A stretch of DNA of 64,000 nt from Macrostomum lignano (lineage: Eukaryota), in contig NIVC01001997.1 in assembly GCA_002269645.1 (NCBI GenBank), positions 19,143 to 83,142 of the forward strand, read 5' to 3'. The position numbers were made by a program, and so were the translations under genes. Below the pieces are notes generated by a model. That model did not search any database, had not been told where the DNA came from, and saw only the letters and a list, made by a program, of their open reading frames with translations. Below, in pieces: positions 13,870 to 23,442 of the stretch. The stretch's first letter is position 1, and each line of letters begins with the position of its first letter.

Positions 13870-14200
13870 TAGTCATTTTGGTTGCAGCGCCAGCAGCGGT
13901 TTAATTGTCTTGGGATTGCGACAGACTCGACAACAACAACAACAACAACAGAATACGCGTTCAGCGTCACAGGGCGCGCCTCAGGGCCAGGTCGCGAACG
14001 GACGCCACGCGCCGCCGGCCGAATCCGGGGCGCCGGCGTCAGCCAGCAGGCAGTCGACAAAGCGCCGAGTGTTGGGCCTGCTCCCGCCGGTAGGGAGCCT
14101 GCAGCATCAGCAGCAGCACCTTCTGCACCGGCTGTGGGCAGTATGACTCGGCGCGGATGATGTGGCTTGCCAGCTCGAGTCGCCGACGACGGCGGACCAC
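13870..14200. other. GC-rich coding-like island, gene unresolved
   Basis: Sharp GC/CpG rise. Minus strand reads LEVVRRRRRLELASHIIRAESYCPQPVQKVLLLMLQAPYRR with biased codons, but the reading continues only with frame changes; no secure splice model. Confidence 0.3.
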
Positions 14201-15048
14201 TTCAAGTATGATATGAATACTTCAAGCGAAAGCAATTATAGGTCTATGAAAGTCTTTTAGTAGTCATGGAGTCTTATAAGAAGTTACATGTAAAACTATG
14301 GACACCGTATTCAACGCGACCTTAGTATTATCTCACCTAAACTGGTCCATGATGTTACATGTAGCCAAAAGACTGTTTAGTTGTAAAGAAGAATTAATTA
14401 ATTAAATTCTTCCGTTACAATCGCATCACATTTGAAGGACTCACTACAAAATCTGCTGGGCTTTATAGTAGTTATTATACATTCAAGTGTACAAAGATTA
14501 AATTCAAATGTTTCGCTTGTATGGAGGAAATTTGAGCTCAAGTTAAAAAATGCTTAGCTTCTGGTAAAGTATATATTTGTATTTTATTGTTTAACGATCT
14601 ATCATAAAATGTCACCATTGTTAGTCAAATTGGTTTTGCTCACTATAATTGTAATACTACTCGAGCCTAGCAATTTCCCCCTAAATGAAAACGAGCTTCA
14701 AATTTACTTCAACTTACATTGTGCTTAATTTAAACTGTTTTTTAATGAGCATCTTTTCGTCACGGCGAATATTATTTGAGGATGGGGCATACTACTTACA
14801 AATAGGTACGGTAGGCTGCATGGTTTTGCAAATATTGTTGTGATTGTGCAAGATTGGCCTTCGCGCTATAAAAATACACAAATGAAAAATACGTTCTCAA
14901 GCTACAGAAACTTTATTACGTCAGCTTCCACAGACAGTGTCACAGAATGCAAGCTTGTTTAAATACTAGCCTAATCAGAAGTTCTTCTTTTTAAATTTCG
15001 AAAGTGAGATTTGAAAGCTACCTTTCAACCAGTTTGTAATTGTAACCA

Positions 15049-15122
15049 CCCGCTGGGAAAAAACTGACTTACTGCGCCAGGTCGAAGAGCCAAGTAACCT
15101 GGCGCATTTGTCACCAACTTGG
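15049..15122 (+). repeat. Left TIR plus subterminal motifs of the CACTA element
   Basis: TIR 15049-15062; TGCGCCAGGT 15073-15082; inverted AACCTGGCGCA 15096-15106; CACCAACTTGG 15112-15122. Confidence 0.9.
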
Positions 15123-16523
15123 GCCATGGGTTGTTCGTATGTAAAAAAACAAAGTTTTAGTGGTATGCTTTTATGAAAGTAATTTAGTGTTCTGTAACAG
15201 TTATAAGTAAATAAAGATGTTTATTACATTTTACCTTCCAATAGGTAAAATCAAATAATTATCCAGTTACTGAGATCGGTGAATTTTTTAAAAAACTTAA
15301 TCGTGCAAGTGATAATTAACGCGCGCGCGCGATTTGCGATCCGAATGATCAATGAATATTTTATAGCTAACTTAAATTAAGCTTTGATTACTTGAAGAGT
15401 GTAATTCCATACATAATTTTGTTGTGAAATACGTAATTTGACAATTCATGAAAACTGAAAAGCACCATTTTTGTCTATACTGTCTACTTTTATATATATA
15501 TAATACATTATTTATTGTTCACATCATTATCTTATTCGCAAAGCTGACTTAAAGACCCTATGCATATAAAATACATCTTAAGTCTGTTAGCTTTGTCTCA
15601 AGATGCAAATATAACATTGCATTTAAGTATAATTGCAAAGCTGATTGTTCCTTATAACCTCTAGACAGAGTAATTTAATTTCATTACTGGGATAGATCAT
15701 TGGAGCTGTTTATTCTATGTCATGTGTGTGAACCTAATGTATTTGATATGCTTTTAAATTTTGAAAATATAAACCAGAGTAGATTTAAAGTGTAGGCCCC
15801 AAATGTTTAGATACTCGAATATAATTCAGTGTTGCAAAAAGATAAAAAGTAATTTGAACCTAAAAAGTGAAAATGAAATGGAAATGAAAAACTATATCGA
15901 TGATAATTGTGGTATATATACATATATATGTATTATTAGTACTAATTTACTACTAATATTAAATTGGGGCCTATTATCATTAGTATTAGTATTTATATAT
16001 TTGGATTTACTATTATGTAGTGTTGCTGAGAAGTTGCTATTAGATATGCAATAATTATGTATTGCATTGCTTATTGTATTGCAAATACTTTAGACACATT
16101 AGGACACTTTAATTAAAGCTATACTAGTTTGCCTAATCTTGTTCTTTGCTATATGTCGATATTTACAACGAAGTGTTGGTATTTATTGATGAATTCAAAT
16201 TAGCTTTATGAAATTTTTAATACTTTTCTTAATGTATTTTAAATGCTAAAAGTAATGGCTTAACATGTTTAGAAGTTTAACATGTTTCTGTCTGTCTGAT
16301 TATATGTTCATTGTCAAGTTGTGCTTCCTCTTTATTTTTTGCAAAAAATTTTTTGCTAAATATATAATTTAATATAATAAACAAATTCATCAGATGCAAA
16401 CATTGTACAACCAATTATTTCCTTTAGATGTATACTATTCATTTGCTATAATTTTATATTGAAACACAAGTTTGATTTATTCACTATATTAATGTATGAA
16501 TTGTCACATACTACCACCAGATA

Positions 16524-19500
16524 ATGTTTCATGGATGGTCAGTTCCAACTGACAAGAGAGTCAGCTACTGGACTCAGCGCCGTCGTCGATTGGCTAGTCA
16601 AGCTGCCTCTGGTGCTGCTCAGCAAGGTGATTCGGCGGCCCCTGACTCCAATGTATTCTCTGAAGCAGCAGGTTCTTCCCGAAAACAATTCCGTAGGATG
16701 GAGGATAAGCAAAATTGTGGAACACCTATGTGGCCTGAGTTAGAGGATGAGCATGAGTTAGAGCCAGAGCGTGAGCATGGTTTAGAGCCAGAGCGTGAGC
16801 ATGAGTTAGAGCCAGAGCGTGAGCATGGTTTAGAGCCAGAGCGTGAGCATGGGTTAGAGCCAGAGCGTGAGCATGGGTTAGAGCCAGAGCGTGAGCATGG
16901 GTTAGAGCCAGAGCGTGAGCATGGTTTAGAGCCAGAGCGTGAGCATGGGTTAGAGCCAGAGCGTGAGCATGGGTTAGAGCCAGAGCGTGAGCATGGTTTA
17001 GAGCCAGAGCGTGAGCATGGGTTAGAGCCAGAGCGTGAGCATAGTTTAGAGCCAGAGCGTGAGCATGGGTTAGAGCCAGAGCGTGAGCATGGTTTAGAGC
17101 CAGAGCGTGAGCATGTGTTAGAGCCAGAGCGTGAGCATGGGTTAGAGCCAGAGCGTGAGCATGGTTTAGAGCCAGAGCGTGAGCATGGGTTAGAGCCAGA
17201 GCGTGAGCATGGGTTAGAGCCAGAGCGTGAGCATGGGTTAGAGCCAGAGCGTGAGCATGAGTTAGATGGGTTGGAGCAACCGCAGCAGGAGTCTCATGTG
17301 GATGGCGAGCTGGAGCCAGAGGACGTGATGGTTGCAGTTTTTGTCTCGGATGAGTCTTCGACTGCAGACACAGACAGCTTTGTCGAAGAAATGTCAGAGC
17401 CAGAACGGACAAACGAGGAGCCACTTGATGATCCGGCAGATGATCCCGAGCCCGCTGGGATGGGTGCTGCATTGTATCCCGAGTGCCGATCGACTAAATT
17501 ACAGTGCGCTATCATCTTGGCCGAGTGTTCAGCGAGGTTGGGACTGTCTCGGGCTGAGACCAGCGATTGGCTCCGAGCCAGCGAATGTCTGCTTCCACCG
17601 GGCACAACATCGTTTAAGAGCAGCTACGACCTCTGGCGGCACTTCCCTCGGCCTCGCATCAGCCAGAAGTTCATTTACTGCAGTGAGTGCAGCAATGAGC
17701 TGGAAGAAGGATTAGCCTGTCAATCATGTGACGCGACAACAAAGATTGACTTCATGGTCTTTGACAACTGCGTGCTGTTTTACAATCTAATGTTCATGAG
17801 TGCATCACGTTCCCCATTGACTGCACTGCCGATGGCTCCCATAGTTCGATGGCGAACAGTACCATGTACCGTTCACTGATTGATCGATTTGGCAGGGAGC
17901 GTCTGGAGCGTAAGACTGACCTGACGTATTCTCTGTCTATGGATGCGTTCCCATTGTTTTCAACTAGTCCCTTCAGCATCACACCTGTGTATCTCACCAT
18001 AAATGAAATGCCACGTGACTTGCAGCTTACCAATTCAGTACTTGTGGGGCTGTGGTACGGCAACGGCAAAAAGGCCAATTGCAATTTGTTCCTGCCAAAG
18101 GTAATTGATGCACTGAATTCGATTGCAGAAGTTGGCTTCATTGTGGTACGCGAGGGAATTGAGCAACGTATGTATATGCACCCATTGAAGTTTCTGATGG
18201 ACGCCCCTCAGCGTGCGGATGCTTTAAAGCTGCAGCAGTTCAATGGGATGCATGGGTGCGACAACTGCTACCATCAGTCTTTCCCTATTCCAGGACGAGA
18301 GGCAGCTCGATATTACCCTGTGCACTGCCCTGTCGAAGCAGAGATTTGCTCAACGCTTCTTGACTATGGATGCCAACCGCAAGAGAATTTGCTACGCTCT
18401 GCATCGGACACCTTCCAGTTGGCCGAGTCTGTGAGTGAGCAGCGCATGCGGCAGCCGCTCCTCGGCGTGAAGGGATTATCTTGCTTGAGCCAATTACGAG
18501 GCTTCGATTTTATTGTACAAACCCCGCCCTGTTCGTTGCACGCGCTTTATCTGGGTCTGCAGCGCTGGCTCATGCGCGTGCTGTTCCTGCCATCAACAGA
18601 CAAAGAGCGCCCTAAGTTGCAGCGCTTTGACAGCCCAAATTTGCACCACATCCTCACAGAGGTAGACGTTGCTGTCAAAGCCGTCGTGCTGCCGAGTGCT
18701 GCGGTCCAACGCACCCCGGCGCGTTCGCTGTGTGACCTTAAGCATTTCAGGGGTCACGAGTACCAAGTCTGGCTGTTAGTTCTTGGACCACTGGTTCTTC
18801 GTCTCTATGTTGACGACATTCTGTACGACGCCGTCGTGATGCTCTCCAGTGCCTGTTATTGGCTCACACTGCCTGGAGCTCCACAGATGGAAGTGGAACG
18901 CGCGCAACATTCCCTAAGTGTTGCACAGGATCTGTTCAAGCGTCACTTCGGCGAGTCGTTTCTCACGTACAACTCTCATCAAGTTTTCCACCATCTAGTT
19001 GCCGCTGTGATCAACTTCGGGCCACTGGGGGATCTGAGCGCAGGAATTTACGAAACATGCCACCAGAGGCTGCGATCGATGATTCATGGATGCCAAAAAA
19101 TGGACGTAGAAATTCGAAACAGAATCAGTCGGCGACTAGGCATGCTGCAGCTGAAAGAGACACTACCTGCAGAGATGAGGCTGCAAATCCGTGAAGCGCA
19201 ACGGCGCCCGGTACGGAAGACTGCGGCAGGAATTGAATTTTCCGGTGCGAACCCTGCCAAACTGGTTAAAGCTATCATTCCAACTTCAATGGGGCGCTTG
19301 CAAGTCCAATGCTTCCGTAGGGATCGTAGAATCCGGCCATCAAATGCATTCTTGCAATTCAAACACCCAGTTAACGGTGGCAATGCCTACGGTCGAGTTG
19401 AATGCATCAGCCTACAGAACGACGAAATTATTCTGACGCTCAAGGTCCTTCCGACAGTTGCACTTGCTGACTGTGACCCATCGCAGAAGTACGACGCTGA

Positions 19501-19675
19501 ACATCAGGGCTGCACTGTTGGACATATTCGTGACTTCCATGCCGATGTGAACCCATTTGATGCAGAGGGTGAAGGGGAAGTCGTGCTCATTGCTGCCACT
19601 GCCATTACGGCTCATTGCGCTGTCACTCGTCGGCAGCTGGCTATTCTGCCCTGTATTCAGTCTGCATCATCGTAA
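16524..19675 (+). CDS. CACTA/EnSpm DDE transposase (~1,050 aa) interrupted by a -1 frameshift at ~17762-17765
   Basis: ORF 16524-17879 (acidic repeats, CxxC...CxxC) joins the frame of ORF 17849-19675, which is open upstream as QLRAVLQSNVHEC...ADGSHS. Motifs: SMDAFPLF (D1), MDAPQRA (D2), GCDNC, SLHALYLG, HQVFHH, SAGIYE (E). Confidence 0.88.
16761..17264 (+). repeat. 21 x 24-bp coding repeat (EPEREHGL) in the transposase N-terminus
   Basis: GAGCCAGAGCGTGAGCATGGTTTA; 504 bp = 21 units, in frame. Confidence 0.95.
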
Positions 19676-20486
19676 AAGTATGCCAATCTGTGCCCGCTGG
19701 CTTTTCACCTCTATTGTGAAAAGAGATGAAATGGCCTACCACTCTCCATCTTAACCCATCCAACAAAACGTAGCTGGCGGATGACGTTAATGGTTGCTTG
19801 GCGACGGTGGTTAAGGACAGATCATGGCCTTCGAGACCACGGGTGTGATAGCTTATTGAAAAACTATTTGAGCGAACTTTCTTGACAACCAATTTGGACA
19901 GATGCACAGACCCTACGGCTTTACTTCCAAACCCCTGTCATCGCGGTTCCCCCCGGGCCCCGCTCCCAAATCCCAGACGCCCCCCCAAGTCACCCGAAGC
20001 TCTACTTTTCAACCGAGTCTATTCCCCTGATAGCTCATCGCTACAGTACCTGGTTGCCGCAGCACACGCCACCCGCACGCGTTTGAGGTCGCCAGCACCA
20101 TAGACCGTCGCCAGCTATGCAACACATTTCATTTATTTGCTCTATTCAGTTGTTTACTCATCTGTGTTAACTGCTTTGCTCACCCTTTGCTTATCGATTC
20201 GATTATTATTTATTTTCTTTTATTTCCTTGCATGCTAAAATAAAATCGTGCGTGTGCTAACCATGTGCAACTTTCAACCAAATTCTACGTTTGTTCATCC
20301 TTTATAAAGCACAATGTAGCTAGCTATATTAATGCGACAGCTGCAGGCGAAAATATGAAACTGAGGCTGGGGAAGTGTAGTCAATTATAGGAACTTTCGG
20401 GCAAATTAGTCGATATTTGGGCAGAGAAATCAATTACCCAGCTCAATCAATTATTCTCGGGATTTCCTTATTGCAGAAAGTGTACA

Positions 20487-21964
20487 ATGGAAAGCGCATT
20501 TGTTATCCAGCTGACACAAGGGTCGAAAGAAATTATGGCTGCCGCGATATCCTGCATAATCGTAGAGTCAACTGCAGCCACGAAAGTCTGCTATGGAACG
20601 AAAGCCTCCGTACAGCTTGGAGACAAACTGCACCAGTGCATGGTGCTTACCGAGGCGCTTCCGACAACTGAGTTGGCAAGCTCCGTGGCCAGCACTATAA
20701 GCAAGGTGAGAAGCTTCTGTTAAATGATGTTGACATTACAATGCATGTATTCATATATGGATATTATAATTGCATTATATAATTATAATATGCAATGCTC
20801 CTACGTTCATATAATCAGGTTTGCAGAACGAGCAGCAATGCCGGCCAGCCTACAAGACAGGTGCCTCTGCCACAACAGTGCAGGAGGTGCCAAGTGTTGG
20901 ACGCGGAGGTGAAGCAGCTACGGACCGAACTCGACGAGTGCCACAGAGAGATGCGCAGGGAGCTCAGCGTGCTCGAAGAAATAAGCAGGCACAATCTCCT
21001 GGGCAAGGTCGATGACATCTGGAACGCTGTCAGATCAGGCTCGTCAGCTCAGGCTACAATATCAGGTGCCATTGACCTGCAACGTAGCCCATTGGACGGC
21101 AACAGAAACGACGCCGTGAACGAGGCTGTATGCACCACCGAGGCCAACACCATTGCTTTAAGCGACCATCTCCCGGCGATCAGAATTCAGTGCAGTCTAC
21201 TGACCGCGGCAACTGCAAAAGTCGTCGGGATGCCGGTTGCTAAGGCGTTAGACGCATTGACGCGATCGCTTTTAGATGCTCTTGTCCCAGTAGAAGAGCG
21301 CCAGACTAAGTCATTGCTTCCTGTTTGTAAAGTTAAGTGTCAAACGATATATTCAACAAAAAAGTTTACGAGCGTACATGCACATTTTTTATTTCACACT
21401 GCAATTCCTACAACCATCCTTGCCAAAATTATCATCCCACCTTTCCCTAGAAACCAAACAAAGAAATGCATTTCATAAACTTAAAATCAACCTTCAGGTG
21501 GAAACCCCGGCAGGAGTCCGCGCCTCGAGGATGTCATCGCTGACAGGGCATACGACCCTAGAGCTACGGCGATTGCTGCATTCGTTATCAAGCAGCTGGA
21601 TGGGGTCACCCTGGCCGACGGATTCAGGGCGGTGAGAAAAGTTCTCCGATACGATCGCAAGGCGAGAAGTCGAACGATACGGCTGCAGGCAGTTTCTGCT
21701 ATACCTACATCCTCAGCTTCTGCTGCAGCTGCATCCTCAGCTTCTGCTGCAGCTGCATCGTCAGCTTCTGCTGCAGCTGCATCGTCAGCTTCTGCTGCAG
21801 CATCCTCGATGGCCCAGGCCAACTACTGCGAGTCGACAAAGCCCAAACATCCTCGACTGCTGCATACACAAATGGGCAACATTTCCCCAACGCCAACAAA
21901 CGACAGCTTCACGACGTGCTTCAGCCAAGTCGATGGAGAACTTATCAATATGATAGAATTGTGA
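20487..21964 (+). CDS. Transposon accessory gene, ~397 aa: CxxC/coiled coil plus putative BEN-like DNA-binding domain
   Basis: join(20487..20705, 20819..21326, 21498..21964); GT-AG introns of phase 0 and 1 give a continuous 1,194-nt CDS. Coiled coil VLDAEVKQLRTELDECHREMRRELSVLEE. Helical C-terminal LTRSLLDALVPVEERQTKSL...DPRATAIAAFV resembles BEN domains (pattern recognition, not a search). Confidence 0.7.
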
Positions 21965-22933
21965 GACAATTGATTTTTTACTAACAACTTTTTGCCTCTT
22001 ATCGTTAAGTTATCACGAATTTAGTGCTGTTTGCAGCCACGCACTAATTGCTTTTTTGTTTTGTTTTTTTCTGTTTTTTCTTTTGTTCTTCATTTTTGCT
22101 TCTTTACATATACATAACTGCTGTTCACATGGTGACCGCGGTCAGTGAAAGTCTGTGAAAGTAAAAAGCAATAGAAAAAATGGGGAAGCCAGATAAACTG
22201 AGAGCACAATCAGGGATTTTTTCTTGCGTTTCACACATTTTGTGAATGTTGCGTTTACTGCCATTCTCATACATGTAGAGTTATATTGCAATAGTTACGT
22301 CAATGTTTATTGAATTTTAAAAATCCTCTTCACAAGTGGCCACTGTTTCTAGAGTCACCCTCCACAAGGTTTTCAGCTGATTAAGCAAAGCGCGTATCCA
22401 TTGTGAAAGTATACTAGCTGTAGATCCAGAAAATTTTTTCACATTGTCTTGAAATTACAAGTTCGCATGTATCTCCTCTTTGCAATCAATGTATGCTCGT
22501 GTATACTTTTTGAAAAGGTTTTAAGATGTGCGTAATTTACATGCGCACCACAAAAATATAAAACGATTGCTTTTGCCGTTACATAACAAAAAATTACGCA
22601 AAATTATGAAAATGCTACTGCTATTTTATTAACAGTGATCTTGCATTGCATTGTTTGTCTTTTTAGACGGAAGGAGACGTTAATTATCTCTAATTTATAG
22701 CGCCTGCCTATGTACATGATGCAAATTATAAACTGAGCACGTAATCAAGTCGTGTTTGTGTACACATACAAGGGAAAATCATTTAGTTTGGAAAAAAATC
22801 TATGCAACTAAATTTATAGTAGTACAAATTTCATACTTGCTACTGACGTTCAGTAGTTTGAATAGTATGCTGAACTGCTTTCTGTGCGCGTGCAAAATTC
22901 TGGGTCACTTTATGCCACGTCGGCGCCGCGTTG

Positions 22934-23046
22934 CCAAGTTGGTGCCAAGTTCTTAACGGCTTCCGATTGGTTTGTCGTCGTGGCGCTAACCTGGCGCAGA
23001 CTGAGCCGCTCAACCCGGCGCATCCACCAACATTTTTCCCAGCGGG
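22934..23046 (-). repeat. Right TIR plus subterminal motifs of the CACTA element
   Basis: CCAAGTTGGTG 22934-22944; AACCTGGCGCA 22988-22998; AACCCGGCGCA 23012-23022; TIR 23033-23046. Confidence 0.9.
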
Positions 23047-23442
23047 CAGTTGAACAACTAGGCCTATTAATAACTATCAAGCGGGCAAGCGATTTTTTAG
23101 AATCAGTCAGATTTCAGATAAGAAATTTTAAACAATTTAGCTAATAGGTAATGAATTAGCTAGCTTGGGCTTACCTAGCTTAGATTTATAGGCTTAGCTC
23201 AGCTGATCTTGATTCTTGGATCTAAGGAAACTTTGTTGATTTTAAGCAGTTATCGAAATTGTCGATATAGGGGCCTATGCCTAACGTTATTACATTAATA
23301 AGCCCTACTGAGTACTGAAGCTGTTTTTATGATTGGCCTAGGCTTACTGGGGACATATGATTGTTAGGCCTGTCATTTTTAATATTGAGTTTTTAACAAT
23401 AAGATTGGATAAGAAGTAGGCTTAGGCCCTAGAATTTCAAAA

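Larger units (their letters stand above)
15049..23046 (+). mobile_element. Full-length CACTA/EnSpm (CMC superfamily) DNA transposon, 7,998 bp
   Basis: Left end CCCGCTGGGAAAAA (15049-15062) is the exact reverse complement of the right end (23033-23046). CA flanks both ends (15047-15048, 23047-23048), a 2-bp TSD. Subterminal TGCGCC(A/G)GGT motifs lie 24 nt in from each end. Internal CACTA-type transposase. Confidence 0.93.

Noticed and set aside
16726-17472. 248-aa minus-strand ORF (THAHALAL repeats)
   Set aside because: Antisense shadow of the transposase 24-bp coding repeat.
17755-17770. Programmed ribosomal frameshift in the transposase
   Set aside because: No slippery heptamer or evident stimulatory structure; an indel is more parsimonious.
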